Part shown: positions 17,325 to 26,361 of the stretch, one piece after another | Layout of the letters: every line of letters starts with the position of its first letter | Numbering within the stretch: the first letter of the stretch is position 1 | DNA from: Candidatus Doudnabacteria bacterium | Lineage (GTDB): Bacteria > Patescibacteriota > Doudnabacteria > UBA920 | Length of the DNA: 44,294 bases | Assembly: GCA_023245955.1 (NCBI GenBank) | Contig: JAHFJI010000001.1 | Location: 1-44,294 of the forward strand | Direction of reading: 5' to 3' | The notes under the pieces: model-generated | What the model was told of the DNA's origin: nothing | The model's input: the letters and a program-made list of their open reading frames with translations, nothing else | Databases searched by the model: none | Translations under genes and position numbers: made by a program

Positions 17325-17507
17325 GTGCATACTTAACCGGAGGGATAAATAGCTGGTTCTAAGCAAATTTTAAGTGTTTTGGATTCCGAGGAGACAATAT
17401 TGTCTAGGGTCTGGTGGTGGCTTCTAGAGGAGGAGTTTTTTATTCTGATATATTTGGCTAAAAGATAATTCGGCGATGATGGAGGGGTTTGTGGGGGGTA
17501 AAAAATG

Positions 17508-18751
17508 CTATGCCCCCTCATCAATAAGTTCATCAAATTTTGTAGTCATTGTCGGATTACCGCGTGTTAATTTCTTTATTGTCAAATCATTAGCTTTGTT
17601 ATTCGCAATACGCAGATTGTCTTCAGAATGTAAAAGGTTCTCTTTTGTCTTTTGTAGTTGTTCGATTGATTTATCAATGCTTTCAATAGCAGTTTTAAAT
17701 CTTTCTGATGCAAGTCTGAAATTTCTGCCAAACGAATCACGAAAGTCATTTAATTGGCTTTCAAAATTAGTCACATCGATATTCTGAGTTCTCATTAACG
17801 CTAATTCGGCCTTATACTTCAAAGAATTCATTGCTGCGTTGCGAAGTAGGGTAATAATTGGGATAAAAAATTGTGGACGAACTACATACATTTTCGGTTG
17901 TTTATGAGAAACATCAACAATGCCAGTATTGTATAGTTCATTTTCCGCCTCCAAGAGCGTGACCAAGACAGCATACTCGCATTTTTTCTCTACACGATCT
18001 TTATCCAGTTCGTGTAAAAAGTCCTCATTCTTTTTTTTGCGGCTGTTTCATCCCCTTCGTTTTTCATTTCAAACATAATTGAAACGATTTCATTACCAGC
18101 TTTGTCGGTTTCGCGATAAATATAATCACCCTTGCTACCAGACTTGGAATCATTATCCTTTTCGAAGTAAGCAGTTGGGAACGCTGTAGCCCTAAGTTTA
18201 TTAAATTCAAATTCACAATGCTGCTCTAGGGTTTCACCAACCATCTTGGTACTGAGTTTTAATTTCATGTCTTTACGAAAAGTAATCTCTTCGTCTTTCA
18301 TCTTTATGATATCATCCTTGGACTTGAGTTCAGTGGAGAACTTCTCGTTCAATGACTTCTCAAGTAATTGCTTTTCGGTCTCTTTTCTTTTAAGTTCACC
18401 TGTCAGTTTTTCACGCTCTTTCTCAATTTTATTGACGGCTTCAGTGACGGCAAGTTTCTTCTGAAGCTCCGAGTTACTGACTTTTGATTCCATTTCGGCG
18501 ATTTTCAGTTCCTTCTTCGCTAAAAGTTCAGCAAATTCTTTATCCTTTTTTGCCAAATCTGCTTGAAATGTATTTTTAGTATTTGCCTCGGCAATTTTAA
18601 CGGCGCTCGCTTTGTCTTTTTCGGCCATATCTAAACGCTCATGCAATTCTTTCTCAAACTGATGGTCACGAACTTGCTTAAGCATGTCTGCAAAGCCAGC
18701 TTCGTCAACTTTGAAAGTTTTTTTACAATGTGGGCATATAATTTCGTTCAT
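17508..18751 (-). pseudogene. DUF2130-like protein (N-terminal zinc ribbon, coiled coil, D..ExK nuclease-like motif) split by a 1-nt frameshift in an A8 tract
   Basis: ORFs 17990-18751 and 17508-17966 are two halves of one gene. With 9 A instead of 8 at 18031-18038 the reading becomes ...[39 protein letters not shown]..., joining the two halves. The family name is from memory. Confidence 0.7.
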
Positions 18752-20097
18752 ATTTTTTTTAATACCGTTAATAGCTCTTTTGATTTAACTGGTTGCGGTT
18801 TATGCGATCTAATTGATACCTGCGATCGCGGTGTACCTTTTAAGAAATTATTTATCAGATAATTCTCAACAACAGCTTTAACCACCGGAACGGCTACTGC
18901 GTTACCAAACTGGTGATATGCTGCTGAATCGTCTGGGTGAATTTTGAAACTTTCAGGAAAACCTTGAATTCTCGCGGCTTCTCTTGGGGTAATTCTTCTT
19001 GGTTGATTATTGACCACTACACCTAATTTGTGCGCGTCACTTGAAACAAGAGTAATTGAGATACTGTTTGGGTCAAGAAACTTAAAAACTTCAAATGACA
19101 TGTTTCCGGCTACAGGATTATATTTGCCATCTACTTGTTTGATATAGCCCTTTTCTTCTAAAGATTCTATGACGGCCTCTATTTTTGGGATTTTAACAAA
19201 TGTTTTAATTTGCTCTAAGGTGAGGCGTTTTCCGTCTTGATGTGTTCCAAACATCTTTCTCCTGCGATTTTTAACAAGCTGATTCATAAGCTCTATTTCG
19301 TCTTTGCTACATTCGCCTTTAATTCCCAATTCCCATGAATGAATAGAGTCACCGTTTCTATAATCGATAAGCCTAGTTCCATTGAGTTTTGAAAAATTGC
19401 TGCCGGCCACTTTTTTTAACCTTGTAATAAAATCTTTAGAGCACAGATATTTGCTATCAACTTCCTGGTCTAAAATATCTCCAACAACTTTAAATTCATT
19501 GTGGCCAAAGAGCGATTTTTGCGAGAATAAGTTTTTAAATTTGTGGCTATCTACTGCTCCACGGTCTGAATTTATGGTTAAGATCGGTTTTTCGTTAAGC
19601 TGGCCAACTATGTAGACTCTTACTCTATTTTGGGGCACACTAAAATTCGAACTATTGAGCAATAAATAATTAACTCCATAGCCTAATTTTTCCAAGGCTT
19701 GAATGATGGTGGCAAATGTTCGCCCATTATCATGAGTTGTTAGCCCCCTAACATTTTCTAGCAGAAAAAGCTTTGGCTTATGATTCTTCAGTATTCTTTC
19801 GATTTCAAAAAAAAGTGTACCTCTTGTATCACCAAATCCTCTTTGTTTGCCTGCATAGGAAAATGGCTGGCAAGGGAAACCGCCAAGTAATACGTCAAAT
19901 TGTTTTATTTCCTTAATATCTCGGATGTCGCCATGCGGTATTTCTCCAAAGTTCATTTCGTAAGTTTCACACGCTTTTTTGTCAATTTCTGAACTTAAAA
20001 CGCACTCGGTTTCAATACCAAATTTGCGACATGCTTCCTCAAATCCAATCCGTATGCCACCAGTACCAGCGAAGAGGTCAACAAATGTTAATTTCAT
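18748..20097 (-). CDS. DNA (cytosine-5)-methyltransferase
   Basis: 449 aa with motifs FAGTGG (I), GGFPCQPFS (IV), ENV (VI), QNRVRV (VIII) and GNAVAVPV (X). Confidence 0.92.
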   Translation of the reverse strand: MKLTFVDLFAGTGGIRIGFEEACRKFGIETECVLSSEIDKKACETYEMNFGEIPHGDIRDIKEIKQFDVLLGGFPCQPFSYAGKQRGFGDTRGTLFFEIERILKNHKPKLFLLENVRGLTTHDNGRTFATIIQALEKLGYGVNYLLLNSSNFSVPQNRVRVYIVGQLNEKPILTINSDRGAVDSHKFKNLFSQKSLFGHNEFKVVGDILDQEVDSKYLCSKDFITRLKKVAGSNFSKLNGTRLIDYRNGDSIHSWELGIKGECSKDEIELMNQLVKNRRRKMFGTHQDGKRLTLEQIKTFVKIPKIEAVIESLEEKGYIKQVDGKYNPVAGNMSFEVFKFLDPNSISITLVSSDAHKLGVVVNNQPRRITPREAARIQGFPESFKIHPDDSAAYHQFGNAVAVPVVKAVVENYLINNFLKGTPRSQVSIRSHKPQPVKSKELLTVLKKI

Positions 20098-21137
20098 AGC
20101 TTTTCTTTAATAAATTTCACCAAGGTCTCAAATTCTTTTTGTGAATAAGCCACTGTACAATCGCTGTAGTTGCATATTGTTGAAATAGCACTTTTCCTTT
20201 GAAAATTGCCTGCACCGTCAATGATATACGCAACAAAATTTCCACCTCTGTGCATCAAGTCACGTCGTGCTTTTGCCTGACCTGATTTTCGTTCAATAGT
20301 GCTATTGGTTGTGACCTGAAAAGTCACCTCAACGCCAATGGCTTTGTTATCTTTTTTAACGACAATATCGAAAGGTATATTTTTCTTACTTCCTGCTACT
20401 TTAACTGAGCCGTTACGATTAACCGAAAAACTTTTGTCTAATTTTGATTTCAAATAATCAACAATATATGTTTGGGCGACCTGTCCGAGTGTATTAGCTT
20501 GTGCTCCTCCAGTGATTCTGCTGACCCAAATATACTTTTCTTTCGCATATTTTTCTAAAGCTTCCTTTTGCCCTAACAAATTGCCGATCTCACATTTTGA
20601 AAGATTGCTTGCAGTTGTTTCGTTGATCGAATTTGCACCAAATAAAAGAATTGAGATTAAATCCTCCTTCAATTCATCCAAGGCTTGTTCGTTAGTAATA
20701 CTTTTTCCGTCTATGCCAAGCTTTTTGTTATCTAGGTTTCCCTTTATCGGCAGTTTTTTGAAGGAATAATCGTAATTTTGTTTTTTCCAGGTAAAGGTGA
20801 AGAAGAATTTGCCTTTCTTCTTTTCAAAGACTGACGAAAGTTGTTTGTTTAGACGTTGTATTTGTTCACCACCAAAGTCTGTCAAAACCACCAAATGTTT
20901 TAAGAATAGATTGGCTGGGAAATCCGAGCTGTTTATGAGTTCAAAAATCTTATATGGATTTTTGTCTGAAAGATCGAGAAGGGACAAAAATTTGTCCTGA
21001 GTTTTAATTAGTAATGGAATTATGCTGGCATTTCCCTCAAGCTGTGACAGAAAATCCGGCCACCAATAAATAGCATTGGCTTCTAGTTCTTGAATGTTTT
21101 TGTTGAAAGCAGTTTTTAGCATATTATGAAATGTCAT
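20094..21137 (-). CDS. putative type II restriction endonuclease (PD-(D/E)XK-like); specificity unknown
   Basis: 347 aa. Its stop overlaps the methyltransferase start (ATGA). There is a candidate catalytic stretch PFDIVV...VEVTFQV. Assignment rests on operon context. Confidence 0.6.
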   Translation of the reverse strand: MTFHNMLKTAFNKNIQELEANAIYWWPDFLSQLEGNASIIPLLIKTQDKFLSLLDLSDKNPYKIFELINSSDFPANLFLKHLVVLTDFGGEQIQRLNKQLSSVFEKKKGKFFFTFTWKKQNYDYSFKKLPIKGNLDNKKLGIDGKSITNEQALDELKEDLISILLFGANSINETTASNLSKCEIGNLLGQKEALEKYAKEKYIWVSRITGGAQANTLGQVAQTYIVDYLKSKLDKSFSVNRNGSVKVAGSKKNIPFDIVVKKDNKAIGVEVTFQVTTNSTIERKSGQAKARRDLMHRGGNFVAYIIDGAGNFQRKSAISTICNYSDCTVAYSQKEFETLVKFIKEKL

Positions 21138-21340
21138 TTAATTAAGTCATCAATGCTAATTCCCAGTCCGGCCGCAATCTTTACAACAGTATCAATCGAC
21201 GGATTCTGAACCGCATCTGATTCTATTTTAACAAGCGTCGGGTATGGCAAATCAGCCTTCTTGGCCAATTCATCTTGGGTTAAATCCTTTATAGCTCTCC
21301 AAGCTTTAATTTTCGCACCGATTGTTTTTGGGGTTGTCAT
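21134..21340 (-). CDS. XRE-family HTH protein, likely the R-M controller (C) protein
   Basis: 68 aa with an HTH (LTQDELAKKADLPYPTLVKIE). Its stop overlaps the start of the endonuclease gene. Confidence 0.75.
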   Translation of the reverse strand: MTTPKTIGAKIKAWRAIKDLTQDELAKKADLPYPTLVKIESDAVQNPSIDTVVKIAAGLGISIDDLIK

Positions 21341-21610
21341 AATTGACTGGTAAAACTTGGTTATATTATATCAATTCTAAAACCTTTCACAAGCCCACAT
21401 CTCCGCAAAATTCTATCCCGAGCTCAAACCACTAACCAAAAAGTTATCTACCCATAATCTAAGTCGAAAAACTTTCAAACATCCTACAAATCAACCAAAT
21501 GGTGTCCCAAAAGTTCGAACTGCACACCATCAACAAAACCGCTAACTTATACAGTCAAAAAGCACCTTTCGGATAAAACAAAAATCCCTCCGTTCTGGAG
21601 AGATGTTTGA

Positions 21611-21684
21611 TGGTGGACCTATGGAGAATCGAACTCCACACTCATCCATGCCATGGATGCGTATTACCACTATACTATAGGCCC
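21611..21684 (-). tRNA. tRNA-Ala(GGC)
   Basis: The reverse complement is GGGCCTATAGTATAGTGGTAATACGCATCCATGGCATGGATGAGTGTGGAGTTCGATTCTCCATAGGTCCACCA. The G3-U70 pair is present. Confidence 0.88.
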
Positions 21685-21799
21685 TAGTGAAGTAGAATCA
21701 AGAAGCAAGAATTATGAATCAAGTATTAGGACGTCTTACGTTCAAGCCCTTACTTGATTCTTGCTTCGTGATTAGTGATTCTGTTTTTTGCTATTTCCC

Positions 21800-22081
21800 C
21801 TATCTTGTCGTGTTGGCACCTTGGATACTTGGAAGTTTTTGCTGTTGTGTTTGTTGCAATAGTCTACGCCAGTCGTCTACTTCTTTCTTAAAAGCTGGGA
21901 TTATACCCACTATGTTTAACACCCAGCCCAATACAACTAGTGCTATAACAAAGCCTAATACGTAGCCAAATCCAGTAAATAAACCATGACTAAGCGCTTT
22001 CCACCAATTATTACCCTTGTTTACTTGTTCAATATTCGCATTTATAGCTTTGAGATATTCTTTGAGCTCTGGGTCTAACAT
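21800..22081 (-). CDS. small membrane protein, hypothetical
   Basis: 93 aa with two hydrophobic segments (FTGFGYVLGFVIALVVLGWVLNIVGIIP). Confidence 0.55.
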   Translation of the reverse strand: MLDPELKEYLKAINANIEQVNKGNNWWKALSHGLFTGFGYVLGFVIALVVLGWVLNIVGIIPAFKKEVDDWRRLLQQTQQQKLPSIQGANTTR

Positions 22082-22174
22082 TTATTTTATTTTTAATTTT
22101 ATGCCTATATTATACCAAAACATTTAATTTTGGTCTTTAGCTCCTATTTTATACTTTATTCCAGTATGTAAAAC

Positions 22175-22249
22175 TGGTGCCCTCGGCAGGAATCGGACCT
22201 GCATCTACGCGTTAGGAGTGCATTGCTCTATCCATTGAGCTACAAGGGC
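22175..22249 (-). tRNA. tRNA-Arg(CCU)
   Basis: The reverse complement is GCCCTTGTAGCTCAATGGATAGAGCAATGCACTCCTAACGCGTAGATGCAGGTCCGATTCCTGCCGAGGGCACCA. Confidence 0.85.
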
Positions 22250-22360
22250 AATTTCCTCCAAATTGTAGCACAAATGCTCTATATATAGATAATCCTCTGT
22301 GTTATAGTCTTAGTAATTATAGCTGTCAAAGATGACCATTGACACTCTGGCGAGTTGTAA

Positions 22361-23758
22361 TTGTATCTTATGATAAGAATACTTACTTTAATTAAGCAGA
22401 AACTCACCCAACCCCTATTTTTACGGCTAGTTTTTGCCATGCTAATGAGCTCTCTTTTTTTAGAGGTGAAATACCCAATAATAAACAGTTTCGGCTATTT
22501 TTTAGGTGAAAAAAAGGATTTTACCATAATATTTGCTTATTTAAGCGATATTATTCTGTTAGGATGGATTTTCATCGCTATTTACTATAATTTACCCTTA
22601 AGTAAAAGGGAAAATAGATATCTTGGGGAAAATTCATCCTTTGCATCACTTTTACTAATAATATTAATAGTTACATCATATTATATTAATTATAGCAAGC
22701 TAATAATACCTATTATATCTATATATATATTAATATATCTTACTAAGCTTATTGTTTTACATGGAACATTGAGTATATGTTTAGATGACCTGTTTAAAAT
22801 ATTTAAAGGAGTTTTTTTACTATTTATAGGTCTAGAATGTGCCTTGGCGATATATCAATTTTGGAATCAGGCTAGTTTAGGTTTACAAAAGGTGGGGGAG
22901 TCCATGATTGGACCATACATATTTAGCGTGGCCAAAGTAGAAGCTTTTGGTCAGGTGTTTATTAGAAGTTATGGAACTTTTGCTCATCCAAACGTATTTG
23001 GGGCTTTTTTGGTTATTGGCTTAGTTATTAGTCTTGCAGCATTTATCAATGCAAATCTTAAGTCAAGGTTGGTACTTCTTTTACTTGTAGGTATTCAAAC
23101 TTTTGGCTTAACTCTAACCTTTTCTAGGTCAGCGTGGCTTGTGGCCATGTTGGCTATTCTTATATTTGTATGTTTAACGTGGAACATTGATTTGAGTGTG
23201 GGGGAAAAGTTGTATCCAGCTGTATTGTTAATCTTGTTAAGTTTTGTGGTTATTGGAATTATCTACTTGCCGTTTATAGCTGAAAGGGGACGGGTAGCTG
23301 GGACGACTGCTTACACAGAAAGAACAAACTACAACACTGCTGGGTTAAAAATGATTATAGATTATGCAGTGTTTGGAGTGGGCCCTGGGCAAAGTTTGCT
23401 TCACATGGAACACTATATGCCAGGTAGGATAGAGCCATGGGATATACAACCCATACACAATTATTATTTACTCTTTACTACTGAACTCGGTCTACCTGCA
23501 TTTTTTGTGTTTGCTCTATATATATCCTATGTACTACAAAAGTCTTTCCGTGTTTATAAGGCCATGACAAATTTAGACGTTGAATTTATTTGCCTGCTAT
23601 CTTGTTTAATTGCTATTTTGATTTTAATGATGTTTGACCACTACTTTTACACTTTAGAATCTCCAGCTATACTATTTTGGGTAGTCTTGGGGCTACTGGT
23701 AAATAAATTGTATAGATTGGAGAAGATAGGGGACATCCAGAACAGAATTATGAATTAG
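22361..23758 (+). CDS. O-antigen ligase/polymerase-like polytopic membrane protein
   Basis: 465 aa with about 10 or more hydrophobic helices. The central SRSAW...FG.GPG pattern resembles the Wzy_C family. The ATG at 22370 is the likelier start. Confidence 0.7.
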   Translation: MYLMIRILTLIKQKLTQPLFLRLVFAMLMSSLFLEVKYPIINSFGYFLGEKKDFTIIFAYLSDIILLGWIFIAIYYNLPLSKRENRYLGENSSFASLLLIILIVTSYYINYSKLIIPIISIYILIYLTKLIVLHGTLSICLDDLFKIFKGVFLLFIGLECALAIYQFWNQASLGLQKVGESMIGPYIFSVAKVEAFGQVFIRSYGTFAHPNVFGAFLVIGLVISLAAFINANLKSRLVLLLLVGIQTFGLTLTFSRSAWLVAMLAILIFVCLTWNIDLSVGEKLYPAVLLILLSFVVIGIIYLPFIAERGRVAGTTAYTERTNYNTAGLKMIIDYAVFGVGPGQSLLHMEHYMPGRIEPWDIQPIHNYYLLFTTELGLPAFFVFALYISYVLQKSFRVYKAMTNLDVEFICLLSCLIAILILMMFDHYFYTLESPAILFWVVLGLLVNKLYRLEKIGDIQNRIMN

Positions 23759-24096
23759 GAGTTAAGAGTTTTGAATTTAGGATTTAGAATTTCTTCATTC
23801 CTGACTCATAATTCATAATTCTTGATTGTCCCCGCCGCTAGCTCAAACTATACCCTTTCAGGGCAAGGACTTTCAGCCGCTACCCATTTTCTTTATACTA
23901 TTCTGCTATCGATTAGAGTTCTGCAAATGTTTTAATGATGTGAGTGGTAGACCGGTATTTAAAGCGTTTCCGACATGCTCCAATGTTTACATTCAAGAGA
24001 ACTGTATTTTAGAGTAGGAACTACGAGGACTTTTAGTCCAAGCGTCCCTCAACCTATGGACTTTCAGTCCATAGTGCGTTGAGTCGGCATTTGCTT

Positions 24097-24170
24097 GGGC
24101 CTATAACATAGTGGTAGTGTGGGACATTCGCATTGTCCAAGCGGGAGTTCGATTCTCCCTAGGTCCACCA
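24097..24170 (+). tRNA. tRNA-Ala(CGC)
   Basis: GGGCCTATAACATAGTGGTAGTGTGGGACATTCGCATTGTCCAAGCGGGAGTTCGATTCTCCCTAGGTCCACCA. The G3-U70 pair is present. Confidence 0.88.
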
Positions 24171-24248
24171 AGAAAAAGTCTCACCCTCAGTGGGGTTTTT
24201 TCTTTTTAGACAACTTGACATGTAGCGTACATCATATACAATTAAACT

Positions 24249-24566
24249 ATGGATAATTTCTTTAGCCAAATAGAGTTTGAGTGGGACGTTGGAAATATCC
24301 GCAAAAACTTTGAAAGACATGATTTGGATACAAGACGAATAGAAGAAGCTTTTCTTGGGTTTAACATCATGATGCCGGATGAAAAGCATAGTACGACTGA
24401 AGTGCGTAACTTACTAATTGGGAGGGATAATCTTAACAACAAGTTGTCGGTAATATTTACCATTAGATATGGCAAAGTGCGAGTTATTTCAGCTCGTGGT
24501 GCTAACAAGTTAGAAAGAGAGTTATATGAAAAAGCATTTAAAAAGTATTCCCAAATTCAAAAGTGA
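24249..24566 (+). CDS. brnT: BrnT-family (DUF497) toxin
   Basis: 105 aa. The N-terminus FEWDVGNIRKNFERHDLDTRRIEEAF is typical of BrnT. Confidence 0.75.
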   Translation: MDNFFSQIEFEWDVGNIRKNFERHDLDTRRIEEAFLGFNIMMPDEKHSTTEVRNLLIGRDNLNNKLSVIFTIRYGKVRVISARGANKLERELYEKAFKKYSQIQK

Positions 24567-24804
24567 GCATGAGGAGTTTAAGTTTTGGCAGACAGCAGAT
24601 ACCAGGGAGTATTTTGATTACTCAAAGGCACAACCGGGTTATTTCCCCAACCTTAAACCATCTTCCTCACCAATCTCAATACGTTTTCCGGACACCATTC
24701 TCTGGCGACTTAAAGAGCGCGCCAATCAAATGGACGTGCCCTATCAGTCGCTCATAAAGCACTATGTCGTCCGCCAACTTGAGCAGGAAACACGAGGAAA
24801 ATAA
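24526..24804 (+). CDS. brnA: BrnA-family antitoxin (C-terminal RHH)
   Basis: 92 aa with IPKFKSEHEEFKFWQTADTREYFD...ISIRFPDTILWRLKERANQMDVPYQSLIK. It overlaps the 3' end of brnT. Confidence 0.75.
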   Translation: MKKHLKSIPKFKSEHEEFKFWQTADTREYFDYSKAQPGYFPNLKPSSSPISIRFPDTILWRLKERANQMDVPYQSLIKHYVVRQLEQETRGK

Positions 24805-24979
24805 AAAATGAAAGGATGTGTGTGTGTGCATACATTCTTTCATGGTAATTTGAACACACAGCCTCCGCCTTGTGTCCAAAAACTGTAAGTGAGCCGGGCT
24901 CCCACGGCGGGACTGTTTCTATTGACGGACACCGGTACGAACACTGACCAGTATCCCGACCAAAGTAAAAATATTCTGC

Positions 24980-25028
24980 TTAGTGCAGAGTATTTTTATT
25001 TGCACTAACACTGTTAGTGCAGTATACT
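24980..25028 (+). promoter_or_regulatory. operator/promoter for the RelB-DinJ-like TA pair
   Basis: Three TTAGTGCA/TGCACTAA half-sites, including the palindrome TGCACTAACACTGTTAGTGCA (25001-25021). TATACT follows directly, about 30 nt upstream of the start at 25056. Confidence 0.55.
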
Positions 25029-25055
25029 AAGTGTAGTTATTAATTTCCAAATTAT

Positions 25056-25271
25056 ATGTCCACACTCACTATACGAATAGATGATAAATTAAAAACTCAG
25101 GCGGCAAGGCAGGCGGCTGTGCTTGGCGTGCCACTTACTTATGTTGTGAAGAATGCTCTTATGAATTTTGTGCAGTCTAAGAAAGTGGTAATTGGTGAAC
25201 CAGAAATTGTTATTGTAGATGAAGCTATCCAGCGCAAGATGGACAAGATTGGTAAACTAATTCCCTTGTAG
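25056..25271 (+). CDS. RelB/DinJ-family antitoxin
   Basis: 71 aa. TIRIDDKLKTQAARQAAVLGVPLTYVVKNALMNFV matches the DinJ N-terminal pattern. Confidence 0.7.
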   Translation: MSTLTIRIDDKLKTQAARQAAVLGVPLTYVVKNALMNFVQSKKVVIGEPEIVIVDEAIQRKMDKIGKLIPL

Positions 25272-25273
25272 CA

Positions 25274-25654
25274 ATGAAGCTAATTATTACGACAGAAATA
25301 TATACCACAGAATTTTTACCGCACGCCCAAACGTTTAATTTAGATGTGCTAAAGTCTTCTGCCCGAAAGGCTTTGTTGGGTTTGGGCAATATGGTTAGTA
25401 CTAGCAGACGGATGCCAGGTACTGTTCTAAAAAAGATGAGTCTGATTAGCTCTGGTGGCGCAGGTCGTGTATTGTTCTTGCTACAGGTTGGTAAGGGTGT
25501 GGCAGTACTGGTTATGGTGCGGCAAAAAAACGATAAACAAATTGGTCAAAACATGGCTATTGTAAACCCACGTTTTAAAAAGTTATTGGAAAAGAATATG
25601 GATAAAATTTTAAAAGAACTAGAAGCTGGGCGTTTCCGGGAATGGCTCATTTAG
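25274..25654 (+). CDS. putative cognate toxin (RelE/HigB-like suspected)
   Basis: 126 aa beginning 2 nt after the antitoxin stop. The stretch KKMSLISSGGAGRVLFLLQVGKGVAVLVMVRQKNDKQ resembles the K..R....G.SGG.R core of RelE-superfamily toxins. Confidence 0.45.
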   Translation: MKLIITTEIYTTEFLPHAQTFNLDVLKSSARKALLGLGNMVSTSRRMPGTVLKKMSLISSGGAGRVLFLLQVGKGVAVLVMVRQKNDKQIGQNMAIVNPRFKKLLEKNMDKILKELEAGRFREWLI

Positions 25655-25728
25655 TCTCTTTAAGTGGATGGGTATGGTCGTGGGTAATTTTGAAGTTGCT
25701 ATTTTTTTTGTGGGGTTTCGTATAGAAT

Positions 25729-26148
25729 ATGTTCATGACAAATCTTGGTGTGGAACAAATTAAGTTTGGGGAGAATATCGGTACGGAGCCTCGGTTTAAG
25801 TTTCGGCGTTGGTTAGAGGCCTGGGTGGAGGCGGTAAATGTTGGCAATAGACAGGTGTGGCAATCTGCTGTTTTGGATGTAATTACTGTTTCAGACTTGC
25901 TGGAGAAAGATTTGGACTACGCCAAGTTTGTTTCATACCTAACGCACCCTCCAAAACAACTTCGTATGCCACTTGCAAGCGTGGTCCAGGAAGATGGTTT
26001 GTATGTGGTGCGAGGCTCTCTAGAAGTTTTTGCAAGTGAGTTAATGATATTTGAAGGAACATTTGAGATGACAGTCCATGAGGTAGAGCCAGGAGCGTAT
26101 AAGATTTTTGGTGTGGTCTGTTACCCGCACTTCCGTGTGTCTGTATGA
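25729..26148 (+). CDS. hypothetical protein
   Basis: 139-aa ORF; no family recognised. Confidence 0.45.
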   Translation: MFMTNLGVEQIKFGENIGTEPRFKFRRWLEAWVEAVNVGNRQVWQSAVLDVITVSDLLEKDLDYAKFVSYLTHPPKQLRMPLASVVQEDGLYVVRGSLEVFASELMIFEGTFEMTVHEVEPGAYKIFGVVCYPHFRVSV

Positions 26149-26224
26149 ACTATCCGAATCTACGAATGGCACGAATCTACGGATACCTCCGAATAATTAA
26201 TATGTGTGCAAGTTCACATAGTTG

Positions 26225-26338
26225 TCATTGCGAGGTACTCCGTGGCAATCTCGTACTTATGTTAAATTGTTAAATTGTTATTTTGTTAAATTGAAATGCA
26301 GATTGCCACGTCGTTCGCGGACTCACTCCTCGCAATGA
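26225..26338. repeat. palindromic element, GATTGCCACG family, copy 1
   Basis: TCATTGCGAGG..CGTGGCAATCT, an AT-rich loop with GTTAAATT words, then AGATTGCCACG..CCTCGCAATGA. Confidence 0.7.
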
Positions 26339-26361
26339 GAGAGTTATAACAATACTCGCTT

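Noticed and set aside
17245-17507. A direct repeat of the tRNA-Ala 3' end marking the far boundary of the R-M island (TGGTGGTGGCTTCTAGAGG at about 17412)
   Set aside because: Only the first 6 nt match TGGTGGACCTATGGAG, which is indistinguishable from chance. The island boundary therefore rests on composition alone.
21395-21610. A/C-rich, G-poor stretch on the + strand between the C gene and tRNA-Ala (rut-like?)
   Set aside because: No + strand transcript is expected here. On the transcribed minus strand it is G/T-rich, so a Rho-utilisation interpretation does not fit. It is left as a compositional oddity.
23759-24096. RNase P RNA, because of CTGAAAGTCC on the minus strand
   Set aside because: The universally conserved GAGGAAAGTCC and ACAGAA..CCGGCTTA-type elements are not present. 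This is kept only as an unclassified region.
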